Shown here one piece after another: positions 38,374-47,890 of a stretch of DNA of 64,000 bases. The position numbers and the translations under genes were made by a program. Below the pieces are notes generated by a model, which did no database searches, was not told the DNA's origin, and worked only from the letters and a program-made list of their open reading frames with translations. Numbering within the stretch: position 1 is the first letter of the stretch; each line of letters starts with the position of its first letter. This DNA comes from Vulcanimicrobiota bacterium (GTDB lineage: Bacteria; Vulcanimicrobiota; Vulcanimicrobiia; Vulcanimicrobiales; Vulcanimicrobiaceae), in contig CAVTCS010000003.1 in assembly GCA_963733295.1 (NCBI GenBank), positions 2,272,001-2,336,000 on the forward strand, in the 5' to 3' direction.

Positions 38374-39321
38374 TTGGACTCTCACCGCGAAGAGGCTCGC
38401 GGACGCGCCACACTCGGCTCGCTGATTCTGTTCTCGTCGCGAGTCGGAGCCGTTCTGGATTTCTATAACGCCATCGGCGTCGTTCTCGAACCCGAAGCGC
38501 ACGGCGAGGGTCCGACCCACTACGCGGCGGAGGTGAACGGCATCCACCTTGCGCTGTACCAAGCACCGGACGGACGCGCCCCGGACTTTCGTGAAGGCGG
38601 CTGCACGTGGCCGGGTTTCGTCGTGTCCGATCTCGCTGCGACGCTCCAACGGCTCGTGCCGCTCGCAACAAACGTTCTCGCCGGTCCGGAAGAGCGGCCC
38701 TGGGGAATTCGCGCAGTCGTCGAGGACCCCGACGGACGGCCGATCGAGCTGTGGTCGGTGCAGGTTGCGCCTAAGCGCGGCCGTACGTCGATGGGATCCT
38801 CGCCCGAAACGACGCCCCAAACGACGCCGGGCGGCGCCGTGATGGTGCGGGGCGCCGAGCCGCGCGACGCCGAGGCATGGGCGCAAATGCGAGCGCGACT
38901 TTGGCCGGCTGCGGACGCATCCGAACTCGCAGCCGAAACGCGCGCGTTTGCCGCCGGAAGCGCACCGCCTTACATCGCGGCAGCGTTCGTCGCGGAGGCG
39001 CGCGGCCCGCTTGAAACTCACGCTGCGCTCGTCGGCTTCCTTGAAGTCGCGATCCGGCCGTTTTCCGACGGCTGCGACTCGATGCCGGTTCCCCACGTCG
39101 AAGGCTGGTACGTCGAACCTGCCGCGCGCGGTCAGGGTGTCGGACGAAAGCTCATGAAAGCCGCCGAAGCATGGGCATGCGCGCGCGACTTTCGCGAGCT
39201 GGCGTCGGATACGGAGATCGAGAATCTCGCCTCATTGCTGGCGCATCAAGCCTGCGGATTCGAGGAAGTCGATCAGCTCAGAAAATTTCGGAAGGTTCTC
39301 CTACTCGAAAGCTCTGCTTAA
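38374..39321 (+). CDS. VOC/glyoxalase domain fused to an AAC(6')-I-like GNAT acetyltransferase
   Basis: N-term PWG.RAVVEDPDGR.IEL; C-term DGC...PV..VEGWYV, RGQGVG, ELASDT...N..S..AH...GF. Confidence 0.75.
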   Translation: MDSHREEARGRATLGSLILFSSRVGAVLDFYNAIGVVLEPEAHGEGPTHYAAEVNGIHLALYQAPDGRAPDFREGGCTWPGFVVSDLAATLQRLVPLATNVLAGPEERPWGIRAVVEDPDGRPIELWSVQVAPKRGRTSMGSSPETTPQTTPGGAVMVRGAEPRDAEAWAQMRARLWPAADASELAAETRAFAAGSAPPYIAAAFVAEARGPLETHAALVGFLEVAIRPFSDGCDSMPVPHVEGWYVEPAARGQGVGRKLMKAAEAWACARDFRELASDTEIENLASLLAHQACGFEEVDQLRKFRKVLLLESSA

Positions 39322-39884
39322 AGATACCTTCTCACGCGTGCGCAATAGGCTCGGTATTCCTCGCCGTAATGCTCGCTAAGGAAGGTTTCCTCGAGCAGAA
39401 CTTGGCGATGAAACAGCCCTATACCCGCGATCAGATAGATCAGCATGATCCAACTAGGAAATATCAGGAATTCGCCGAGCAGAACGAATCCGAAGGCGAC
39501 GTAAATCGGATTACGCGTGAGTGCGAAGACGCCCGATGTGACGAGTTTATCGGGACGATCGGTATCGATTCCGACGCGAAAGCTCGTCCCAAACGAGACC
39601 AGGCTCAGAAAGAGAAAGAGCAGCCCGATCGAGCACGAGAAGACGCCGATCCAGGGTAACCAGGCTGCGTGAAAAAAGTGAGCGCGACCTACGGCCGGCC
39701 ACCCAAACGCGTGAGCGAATATCAGGTAGAAATAGAACAGCGCAAAGGGCGGGATGAGGAAATCCGTCTTGTCGAGTTCGCCAAATTTAAACGCGCTGAT
39801 CCCTTTCCTTCTAAGAAGCTGGACGCGCGTCACTACCATTGCGAGTAACAAGAGAATGGTGAGCGCGCCGAGATAGCTTTCCAT
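39318..39884 (-). CDS. Isoprenylcysteine carboxyl methyltransferase family membrane protein
   Basis: LVTSG.F...RNPIY, EE.FL...YGEEY..Y...VRRY. Confidence 0.87.
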   Translation of the reverse strand: MESYLGALTILLLLAMVVTRVQLLRRKGISAFKFGELDKTDFLIPPFALFYFYLIFAHAFGWPAVGRAHFFHAAWLPWIGVFSCSIGLLFLFLSLVSFGTSFRVGIDTDRPDKLVTSGVFALTRNPIYVAFGFVLLGEFLIFPSWIMLIYLIAGIGLFHRQVLLEETFLSEHYGEEYRAYCARVRRYL

Positions 39885-39889
39885 TCGCG

Positions 39890-40942
39890 CTACGCGCGCA
39901 GGTAGCGTTTGCGCAATTCGTCCACGATGACCGCCAAGAGGATGACCGCTCCGAGCACGATGTCCTGCGTGTAAGATTCGATGTCGAGCAGGTTCATCAC
40001 GTTATTGAGCAAGCCGATGAGCAGCGCGCCGAAGAACGTTCCGACGACGCTGCCTCTTCCCCCCGCGAGGCTGGTTCCACCTACGACGACGGCGGCGATC
40101 GATTGCAGTTCGCTGCCGATGCCCGTGTTCGGCGAACCCGACGAAAATTTCGCCATGAGGAGCAACCCGGCGACGGCCGCGCCGCCACCGGAGATCACGT
40201 AGACCATGGTCTTCACGAGCGCGACGTTGATGCCGGCTAAGCGCGCGGCTTCTTCGTTACCGCCGATCGCGAAGACGTAACGGCCAAAACGCGTGCGGGT
40301 CAGGACGACTGCGAAGATCGCGACGAGGACGAGCATCCAGAGCACGACGATCGGAATGCCCGGAAGTCCGAACTGTTTGAAGAACCCCTCGAACAGAAAC
40401 CCCGTCCCGATCGCGTCGAAAGCATTGGAGTTGAGCGGCACCGGACGGCCGTGCGCGAGTTTGAAGGCGAGGCCGCGCGCCATCAGCATCATGGCCAGCG
40501 TCGTGATGAACGGCGGCAAGTTCAACTTTACGACCGGCAACGCGTTGATCAGGCCCGCGCCGCAGCCTACCGCGAGGCCCACGACGAGCGTCGCGACCAC
40601 GAGAAAGAAGCCGTTGTCGAGCGGAAAGGCGTTCGCAAAGGACGCCATCACGACGCCCGTCAGCTCGATCAGCGAGCCGACGGAAAGATCGATTCCGGCC
40701 GTGATGATCACGAAAGTTTGCCCGATCGCCAATATCGCGTTGTAGGTGATCTGCCGGAGCACGTTGCTGAGGTTCACCGGCGTTAGAAACGCGCCGTGCG
40801 AAAACACGTTGACAACGGAGATGACGACGATCAAAGCGCCGAGCGCAGCCGCCAGACGCAGCCATTGGTTTCGCTGAGCGCGAGCTCTCGCTCGACCGGC
40901 GCTGGCCTCGAGCTGCGCTTTGACGTCGCCGGCTTCGGCCAC
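39890..40942 (-). CDS. rbsC: Ribose-type sugar ABC transporter permease
   Basis: GIDLSVGS, PPFITTL, FGR.V.AIGGNEEAARLAGI, IAAVVVGGTSL.GG.G. Confidence 0.85.
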   Translation of the reverse strand: MAEAGDVKAQLEASAGRARARAQRNQWLRLAAALGALIVVISVVNVFSHGAFLTPVNLSNVLRQITYNAILAIGQTFVIITAGIDLSVGSLIELTGVVMASFANAFPLDNGFFLVVATLVVGLAVGCGAGLINALPVVKLNLPPFITTLAMMLMARGLAFKLAHGRPVPLNSNAFDAIGTGFLFEGFFKQFGLPGIPIVVLWMLVLVAIFAVVLTRTRFGRYVFAIGGNEEAARLAGINVALVKTMVYVISGGGAAVAGLLLMAKFSSGSPNTGIGSELQSIAAVVVGGTSLAGGRGSVVGTFFGALLIGLLNNVMNLLDIESYTQDIVLGAVILLAVIVDELRKRYLRA

Positions 40943-42414
40943 TAAGCAGCCACCCCGGTAGCTGCAGCGATCACCTTCGCGGGCGTCGCTTCGTCTCGCG
41001 AGAACTCCGCGGCGATGCGGCCTCCTCGCACGACCAATATCCGGTGCGACATTCCGAGCACTTCGGGCAACTCGCTCGAAACCATTACGATTCCGGCACC
41101 GCCACGCAGGAGCTCGAGCATAAGGTTGTAGATTTCGGCCTTCGCGCCGACGTCGATGCCGCGCGTCGGCTCGTCGAAGAGGTAGACGCGCGCGTCCCCG
41201 ATCAGCCACTTTCCCAACACCACTTTTTGCTGGTTTCCGCCCGAGAGGTTCCGCACCGTTTGCTCGGCGTTCGGCGTTCGGATGCGCAGTTCTGTAATCT
41301 CTCGATTCGTGATCGATTCTTCGCGCGCGCGGTCGACGAGAAGCCAGTGCGTGAACTGGTCGAGATGGGCGAGCGTCGTGTTCTCTCGCACGCTCATTCC
41401 CAGCACGAGACCCTGCGCTTTGCGGTCTTCCGTAATGAACGCTATCCCTGCCTCGATCGCCGAGTGGGGACCGCGCACGATCACGCGCTCGCCGCAAACG
41501 TCCACTTCACCGCCCTGCGGCACGTCCGCTCCGGCGATCGCGCGAACGATCTCCGTTCGACCGGCACCGACGAGTCCGGCCAGTCCAACGATCTCGCCCG
41601 CGCGCACCGAAAAGGTCACGTCGTGAACGCTCGACGATTCGAGGTGCCGGACGTCGAGGGCGACGGGTGCATCTTGCGCGACCGCCGGCAACGCCGGAAA
41701 GTGCGCGTCGAGCGGGCGGCCGACCATCAGGCGAATGAGGTCGTCCAGCGGCATGTCGGCCGCCTCGCGCGTCTCGACCGTCCGGCCGTCGCGAATGACG
41801 GTGATCCTGTCGGCGATGTGCGGCAGCTCCTCGAGGCGGTGCGAAATATACACGAACGCCACGCCTTGCGCCTTCAGTTTCGCGATCAGGGCAAAGAGCG
41901 CATCGATCTCGCGATCGGTCAATGCCGCGGTCGGTTCGTCCATCACGATCAAGCGCGCGTGCCGCACCAACGCCTTCGAAATTTCGACCAACTGCTGCTC
42001 GGCGACGGACAGGAGACGCGCCGGCCGATCGAGCGGCAGTGCGATGCCGAGCTCCATGAGCACCGTCGTCGCTTCGCGCAGCGCGGCCGCGTGATCCAGG
42101 AACGGTCCTCGCTGCGGTTCTTGCCCGAGCACGATATTATCGAGAACGCTCAACTCGGGAACCAAGTTGAATTCCTGATAGATCATCCCGATCCCGAGCG
42201 CTTCGGCCGCGCGCGGCCCGTCGATGCGCACCTCGACGCCGTCGATGGCGATCGCCCCCTCGTCGGCGCGATACGCGCCCGCCAAGGTCTTCATCAAGGT
42301 GGACTTTCCAGCCCCGTTTTCACCGACGAGCGCGTGCACTTCTCCGCGCCGGACGTCGAACGAAACCCCATCCAACGCCCGCACGCCGGGAAACGTCTTC
42401 ACGATTCCCTTCAT
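40942..42414 (-). CDS. rbsA: Sugar ABC transporter ATP-binding protein (two NBDs); true start may be CTG 42468/42471
   Basis: KTFPGVRAL, GENGAGKST, MDEPT, LSGGNQQK, DEPTRGIDVG. Confidence 0.88.
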   Translation of the reverse strand: MKGIVKTFPGVRALDGVSFDVRRGEVHALVGENGAGKSTLMKTLAGAYRADEGAIAIDGVEVRIDGPRAAEALGIGMIYQEFNLVPELSVLDNIVLGQEPQRGPFLDHAAALREATTVLMELGIALPLDRPARLLSVAEQQLVEISKALVRHARLIVMDEPTAALTDREIDALFALIAKLKAQGVAFVYISHRLEELPHIADRITVIRDGRTVETREAADMPLDDLIRLMVGRPLDAHFPALPAVAQDAPVALDVRHLESSSVHDVTFSVRAGEIVGLAGLVGAGRTEIVRAIAGADVPQGGEVDVCGERVIVRGPHSAIEAGIAFITEDRKAQGLVLGMSVRENTTLAHLDQFTHWLLVDRAREESITNREITELRIRTPNAEQTVRNLSGGNQQKVVLGKWLIGDARVYLFDEPTRGIDVGAKAEIYNLMLELLRGGAGIVMVSSELPEVLGMSHRILVVRGGRIAAEFSRDEATPAKVIAAATGVAA

Positions 42415-42451
42415 CTCCAGCAGCGGAGCTGCCGGCGCGCCGGGCGGTGCG

Positions 42452-43420
42452 CTACTTGGCGTCGGCAGCAGTATAGGTCCCGACGGCAACCGAGATCTTC
42501 GCCGGCGGCTTCGTCCCGTTGAAGTACGTGTTGATCGCGTCGATCGTCTTGCTGCCGATTTGGTCCGGATGCTGGATCGCATCGCCGTACATCGAGCCGT
42601 CCTTGATCGCGGTGCGCGCTTCGGGCGTTGCGTCGTAGCCGATGACGATGACTTTCCCGGTGAGTCCGGCCGCTTCGACCGCTTTCGCCGCGCCGAGCGC
42701 AGAGTCGTCGTTGATGCCGAAAACGCCTTTGAGATCCTTGTGCGATTGCAGGACGTCTTCCATCGAGTTGTTCGCCTTGGCGCGTTCGCCCCCGCCGTCG
42801 ATGTCGGCAACGACCTTCACGCCGGGGCAACCTGAAGCGAGTCCGGCTTTGAAGCCTTTGACGCGATCTTGAACGCTCGTCACTTCGGGTTCGTCGATGA
42901 TCGCGACGGAGCCCGCTTTGCCCGGGATGCCGGCGCACATCAGCTTCGCAGCCTCGCCACCGCCTTGCACGTTGTCCGAAGCGATGTGCGAGATGACGGT
43001 GCCGTCTTTCGACGTGCTGGCGATGTCGGCGGTGAAGACGGGGATGCCGGCTTTGTTGGCTTCCGCGATTGCGCTGCCGATGGCTTGCGAGTCGTACGGG
43101 GTGAGTACGATCGCGGCAACCTTCTGCGAGATGAAATCTTCGACTTGGCTCTGCTGTTTGGTGTTGTCGCGGCTCGCGTCGACGACCACCAGCGCGTAGC
43201 CGTACTTCGCGGCCTCCGACTTCATGCCGCTTTCCATGTCTTGGTAGAACTGCGCTTCGCGGTTTTGAATTGAGACGCCGATCGTCTTACCGGCGCCGCT
43301 CGCCGCGTTCGCACCCGGGCTCGAGCTTGCGCCCGCCGACTGAGAGGTCGATCCCGAGTTGCCCGTGCACGCGCCGAGCGCTAGCAGCAATGCGACCGGG
43401 AGAACGTGGCGAACCGGCAT
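42452..43420 (-). CDS. rbsB: Sugar ABC transporter substrate-binding lipoprotein
   Basis: LGAC lipobox; SDN..GG, DR..GF, ND.SALGA, GYDA. Confidence 0.82.
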   Translation of the reverse strand: MPVRHVLPVALLLALGACTGNSGSTSQSAGASSSPGANAASGAGKTIGVSIQNREAQFYQDMESGMKSEAAKYGYALVVVDASRDNTKQQSQVEDFISQKVAAIVLTPYDSQAIGSAIAEANKAGIPVFTADIASTSKDGTVISHIASDNVQGGGEAAKLMCAGIPGKAGSVAIIDEPEVTSVQDRVKGFKAGLASGCPGVKVVADIDGGGERAKANNSMEDVLQSHKDLKGVFGINDDSALGAAKAVEAAGLTGKVIVIGYDATPEARTAIKDGSMYGDAIQHPDQIGSKTIDAINTYFNGTKPPAKISVAVGTYTAADAK

Positions 43421-43466
43421 CTTCAGAAACCTCCGCGCGGGCGCAAATGCGCTCGACGGAGTTCCG

Positions 43467-44666
43467 TCATGCGCGAACGTGCTGCCCCAGCCCTGCGAGT
43501 GCGCGCGTCAAATCTTCGATGATGTCGTCGGCGTGTTCGATGCCGACCGAAAGCCGCAGGGTGGAGTCGGAAACGCCGAGAGCGCGTCGCGCGTCGTCCG
43601 GAAGCGCGCGGTGCGAACTTGCCGCGGGAGACGCAATCGTCGTTTGGACCTCGCCGAGACTGTGCACGATCGCGATCATTTGCAAGCCGCGAAGGAAACG
43701 ATCGACCTCATCGGCACCGCCGGCAAGATCGAACGCGAGAATGCCGCCCGTTCCCTTTGGATAGAGCCGGCGCGCGAGCTCGTGCTCGGGGTGCGCTGCG
43801 AGAGAAGGGTGGTGCACCCGCGCGACGCCGGCCGTCCCGTCCAGCGCGGCCGCGACGGCGCGGGCATTCGCAGAGTGGCGCTCCATGCGCAGCGCTAGCG
43901 TCCGCAAACCCCGCAGGGCCAGCCACGCCTCGAAATGCGGGATCGTCGCGCCGCCCCTCACGAGCGAAGCCCGCGCCGCCGCCACCAGTTCGGCGCGGCC
44001 CGCGAGAACGCCGGCGCCGACGTCGGCGTGTCCGCCCAGATATTTCCCGGCGCTGTGGAGCACGAGGTCGACCCCGTGATCCAGCGGCCTGATCAAGACC
44101 GGCGAGGCGAAGGTTGCGTCGACGATGACCTTCGCGCCGGCCTGGTGCCCGAGCGCGGCTAGCTCCGGAAGATTCGCGACCCGGACGAGCGGGTTCGTCA
44201 GGGCTTCCAGGTAGAGCACTCCCGGCCGCAATCGCTCCAGTTCGGAACGGACCGCCCCCAGGTCGGCCTGGTCGACGTATTCAACCGAAAAGCCGCGTTG
44301 TTTGAAGTCGTTCTCAAATAGGTCGAAGGTGCCGCCGTAGATCTCGCGGGCCGCCAAAATCGTGCCCCCGGGGGGCAGGCAGGTGCTCACCGCCACCGCG
44401 ATCGCGGACATCCCGGCGGAGCTTCCCACGGCTGCCTCGGCGCCTTCGAGCTCGGCGATCGCCGCCTCGAAATGGGCCCCGTTCGGGCTCCCGTAACGAC
44501 CGTAAATGCGTCCGGGACGGGCGCCCGAGTAGATCGCCTCCACCTCGCCGAGGTCCTCGAACTCGTACGACGAGGCTTGGAAGAGCGGTGGGCTGGAAGC
44601 GCCGTTCAGCGGCACCTCGAAAGCACCGGCCCGCACCGCCGCCGTTTCGATGTGACGGTCCCTCAT
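43467..44666 (-). CDS. Cys/Met metabolism PLP-dependent enzyme (cystathionine gamma-synthase/methionine gamma-lyase family)
   Basis: YGRYG.P, GMSAI, YGGT, E..TNP, VDATF, HSAGKYLGGH, RGL.TL..R, SLG, LRLSVGIE; GGAGG SD. Confidence 0.88.
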   Translation of the reverse strand: MRDRHIETAAVRAGAFEVPLNGASSPPLFQASSYEFEDLGEVEAIYSGARPGRIYGRYGSPNGAHFEAAIAELEGAEAAVGSSAGMSAIAVAVSTCLPPGGTILAAREIYGGTFDLFENDFKQRGFSVEYVDQADLGAVRSELERLRPGVLYLEALTNPLVRVANLPELAALGHQAGAKVIVDATFASPVLIRPLDHGVDLVLHSAGKYLGGHADVGAGVLAGRAELVAAARASLVRGGATIPHFEAWLALRGLRTLALRMERHSANARAVAAALDGTAGVARVHHPSLAAHPEHELARRLYPKGTGGILAFDLAGGADEVDRFLRGLQMIAIVHSLGEVQTTIASPAASSHRALPDDARRALGVSDSTLRLSVGIEHADDIIEDLTRALAGLGQHVRA

Positions 44667-44824
44667 CTTGGAAACCTCCGCCTTTATCCACATTCGCGGC
44701 AATCGTGCCTGTGCAACGTGTGGAAAGTATTCGCTCTCGAAAAGCGCTTCCAAAGGCGGCTCGAGAGCGCCTTTGGCCAAGAGCCAAAGCTCGAGGCGCC
44801 GGGTGCGCCGGGCTGGCGGGGCGC

Positions 44825-45715
44825 CTACACCTTCGCCGTGCTGCGCTCCACAAGATCGCGCAAGATCTCGTCACGATACTTGACGACCAGGCTGATGTGG
44901 CCGTGGCCGATTGCCGGTTTCTCTACAGCGCCGGGAATCTTGCGAACGAGCCATTTCCCGTGAGCGAACGGCACCATCAAATCCAAATCGCCTTGCCAAA
45001 CGACGACTGGTGCGGTGATGGACGCGAGATCGAAGCCCCACGCTCTCGTGAAGGCTATGTCATCGTCGATCCACCCGTCGAAACCATGCTCCAGCGCACG
45101 GCGCATCTCGCTCGCCATCGCGTCGGCAAAACCGCCGGATAAGACGTCTTTGTCGATTTGAGGAACGAGTTCTCCGAAAGCTTCGGCGATTTCGTTTCCC
45201 GTCACATGACGGAAGGCTTCGCCGTGAGCCTTGAGCCACGCGCGCACGTGCGGTTCGCCTTTCAAGGCCGCGCCGAATTCGGCGTGATTCTCCGGCCCCA
45301 TACCCGCGAGGAACTCGAGGTCCGGTTCACCGTACGGCGCGACACCTGCCAGCGAAGCCACGCCGCGACAACGACCTTTCAACAGCGCCGCGCAGGCGAG
45401 CGCGTGCGGTCCGCCGCCGGACCACCCTGCGGTGACGAACCACGGAACGTCGAGCGCGTCGAGCACCTGCCGAACGTCCTCGGCAACGTCTGCGACGCTG
45501 CGGCCACGCTGCCGGCTCGACGTCGCGTAGCCGGGACGGCTAAGCGCGATCAAGCGCAGTCCATGCTCGGCGGCGACGCGGTTCCAATCGAGCCATACGG
45601 ACGCATCGGAGGGCGAGCCGTGATGACACACGAGCGCCGGCCCGGATGCGGCACCGCCGACGAGTACGTCGAGGTTGCGGCCGTCGCTTTGACGGTGCGA
45701 TTGAAAAGAAGCCAT
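44825..45715 (-). CDS. Alpha/beta hydrolase
   Basis: HHGSP, RPGY, GWSGGGP nucleophile elbow, GD.D.MVP, GH. Confidence 0.9.
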   Translation of the reverse strand: MASFQSHRQSDGRNLDVLVGGAASGPALVCHHGSPSDASVWLDWNRVAAEHGLRLIALSRPGYATSSRQRGRSVADVAEDVRQVLDALDVPWFVTAGWSGGGPHALACAALLKGRCRGVASLAGVAPYGEPDLEFLAGMGPENHAEFGAALKGEPHVRAWLKAHGEAFRHVTGNEIAEAFGELVPQIDKDVLSGGFADAMASEMRRALEHGFDGWIDDDIAFTRAWGFDLASITAPVVVWQGDLDLMVPFAHGKWLVRKIPGAVEKPAIGHGHISLVVKYRDEILRDLVERSTAKV

Positions 45716-45865
45716 GGTAATCGCTCCTATGGCAGCGACGTCAAAATCTCCGCTTGGGCCGAAACGCGATGACCTACAAGCGGGCGTCGATTCTGCAACC
45801 TCCGTTCAAGCGCTAACCACCCTTGCGTTCGGGGCGGGCGGCGTGAATGAAGCGCGGAGGCCGGT

Positions 45866-47398
45866 TTGCTCGCTTTCGCTCTCACGGCGGCGATGCACGG
45901 CATCGACGGTTACGTGGTTCGCGTCGAGGCCGACAGCTCGCCCGGCACGCCGGGATTTCAAATCATCGGTTTGCCCGATCGCGCCCTCGGTGAGTCGCGC
46001 GAACGCGTCCGCTCGGCGATCGTCAATTCGGGTTGCGCCTTTCCGGCCGGTAAGATCCTCGTCAATCTCGCGCCGGCCGACATCCGCAAGATGGGTCCGG
46101 GCTTCGACCTTCCGGTCGCGCTCGCGCTCCTCGCCATCGACGAGCAAGTCGATCGGCTCGCACTCCAGGAGTTCGTCGCGCTCGGCGAACTCGCGCTCGA
46201 CGGAACGCTGCGGCCCGTACGCGGCATTCTTCCGATGGCGATCGGCGCGCGCAACGCCGGCGTGCGCAAGTGCCTCGTTCCGCGCCTCAACGCGCGCGAA
46301 GCAGCGCTGGTCGAAGGCATCGAACTGTACGCGATCGACGCTTTGCTCGACGCCGTCGCGGTGACCCAAGGCCACGGCGCGAAGTTCCGCCATCTCGAAC
46401 CGGCGAAAACCTTTCGTGCCGATCCCGAAGCGCTGGGCGATTTCTCCGACGTGCGGGGTCAGGCGGCCGCTAAGCGTGCGCTCGAGATCGGTGCGGCCGG
46501 CGGCCACAACGTGCTGCTCGTCGGACCGCCCGGCTGTGGCAAGACGATGCTCGCCCAGCGTTTGCCTTCGATTCTCCCGGCGATGTCGGCCGCCGAAGCG
46601 CTCGACGTCACGAAGATCTACAGCGTCGCGGGGCTTCTCGCGGAGGATGCCGGCGTCGTTGCGTCGCGACCTTTTCGCGCGCCGCACCACACGATCAGTC
46701 AGAGCGCGCTCGTCGGCGGGGGAAGCATTCCGCGCCCGGGCGAGATCAGTCTCGCCCAACACGGGGTACTGTTCTTAGACGAGCTCCCCGAATTCAGCCG
46801 CGGCGCGCTCGAGACGATGCGCCAGCCCCTCGAGGAGGGCACCGTTACGATTGCGCGGGCGGCAGGCTCCTTTACGTTTCCGGCGCGATTCACGCTCGTG
46901 GCTTCGATGAATCCGTGTCCGTGCGGCTTCCGAGGTGCGCGCACGAGCGACTGTCGCTGCGACGAGGCTGCCATCGCAAAGTACGTCGCGAAACTGTCGG
47001 GTCCACTGCTCGATCGCATCGATCTGCACGTCGACGTCACGCGAGTCGATTTTGAAGAACTTCTCACGCGGCGGGCAGCCGAGCCCTCCGCGGTCGTTCG
47101 CGCTCGCGTTGAGGCTGCGCGAGCCGTCCAAAGCGCCCGCTACCGGGGGATGCCGATCCACACGAACGCCGCGATGTCCGGACGGGATGTCGGTCGCTAT
47201 TGCGCGCTCGACGACGACGCGACGGCGCTCTTGCGTGCCGCATCCATGCAGAAACGGCTCTCGGCCCGAGCGCTCGATCGCATCGCGCGCGTCGCGCGCA
47301 CCATCGCGGACCTCACGCACTCGAACGGGATCGCTGCCGCGCACCTCGCCGAGGCGATCGCGTATCGCTCGCTCGAACGCCGCGGACTCGCGGCGTAG
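45866..47398 (+). CDS. comM: YifB/ComM Mg-chelatase-like AAA+ ATPase
   Basis: GLPD..LGESRERV, NLAPAD, FDLP, GPPGCGKT, RAPHH, FLDELPEF, SGPLLDRID. Confidence 0.93.
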   Translation: MLAFALTAAMHGIDGYVVRVEADSSPGTPGFQIIGLPDRALGESRERVRSAIVNSGCAFPAGKILVNLAPADIRKMGPGFDLPVALALLAIDEQVDRLALQEFVALGELALDGTLRPVRGILPMAIGARNAGVRKCLVPRLNAREAALVEGIELYAIDALLDAVAVTQGHGAKFRHLEPAKTFRADPEALGDFSDVRGQAAAKRALEIGAAGGHNVLLVGPPGCGKTMLAQRLPSILPAMSAAEALDVTKIYSVAGLLAEDAGVVASRPFRAPHHTISQSALVGGGSIPRPGEISLAQHGVLFLDELPEFSRGALETMRQPLEEGTVTIARAAGSFTFPARFTLVASMNPCPCGFRGARTSDCRCDEAAIAKYVAKLSGPLLDRIDLHVDVTRVDFEELLTRRAAEPSAVVRARVEAARAVQSARYRGMPIHTNAAMSGRDVGRYCALDDDATALLRAASMQKRLSARALDRIARVARTIADLTHSNGIAAAHLAEAIAYRSLERRGLAA

Positions 47399-47435
47399 CC
47401 GGACCGAACGTGAGAACGGCGAACAACGCCTAAAG

Positions 47436-47846
47436 ATGACGCTGAGTATCTTGTTGACGACCCCCTGGGATTCGAAGGCTGAGGAAGCTCCGCCGCGCCT
47501 CGAGGTCCCGAAAGTTCGTCCGCATCGGTTCTCTTGGAAAGACGCAGGCACGGTCGGAATCCCTAAGGACCCCTGGCACGTGACGGCGCAGCGTTTGATC
47601 GCGGGCGTCGAGGGGGGCGGTTCGACGGAGGACGCCGAGGTCATTACCTCTCCGGGCGATGAGCGGATATTCGCCAAACTTCACGGCGTCATCGCAAAGG
47701 ATGCAAACTACGACAAGCTGGCTGCTTCGATCGCGGAAGATGACTACCGGGGCATCGTAGACGTTCTCAAAGAGATGGCGACACAACGCCCCGATGCTAT
47801 GTGGTTCGTCAGAATCTGGAGCGTCGAGGCCTCAGCGTCGGATTGA
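47436..47846 (+). CDS. Hypothetical protein
   Basis: Natural composition from ATG 47436; no family recognised. Confidence 0.5.
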   Translation: MTLSILLTTPWDSKAEEAPPRLEVPKVRPHRFSWKDAGTVGIPKDPWHVTAQRLIAGVEGGGSTEDAEVITSPGDERIFAKLHGVIAKDANYDKLAASIAEDDYRGIVDVLKEMATQRPDAMWFVRIWSVEASASD

Positions 47847-47890
47847 CCAAACCTAATGACGGCGGGTTCCGCGCGGCCGCGGCGCTGCGG

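Noticed and set aside
41044..42522. Long antisense ORFs (e.g. opposite rbsA, comM, cysN, the lipoprotein)
   Set aside because: Typical high-GC shadow frames with Arg/Ala-biased composition and no motifs
45866..47398. comM as an interrupted integration hotspot
   Set aside because: The ORF is intact at 510 aa; no integrase or duplicated att fragment seen
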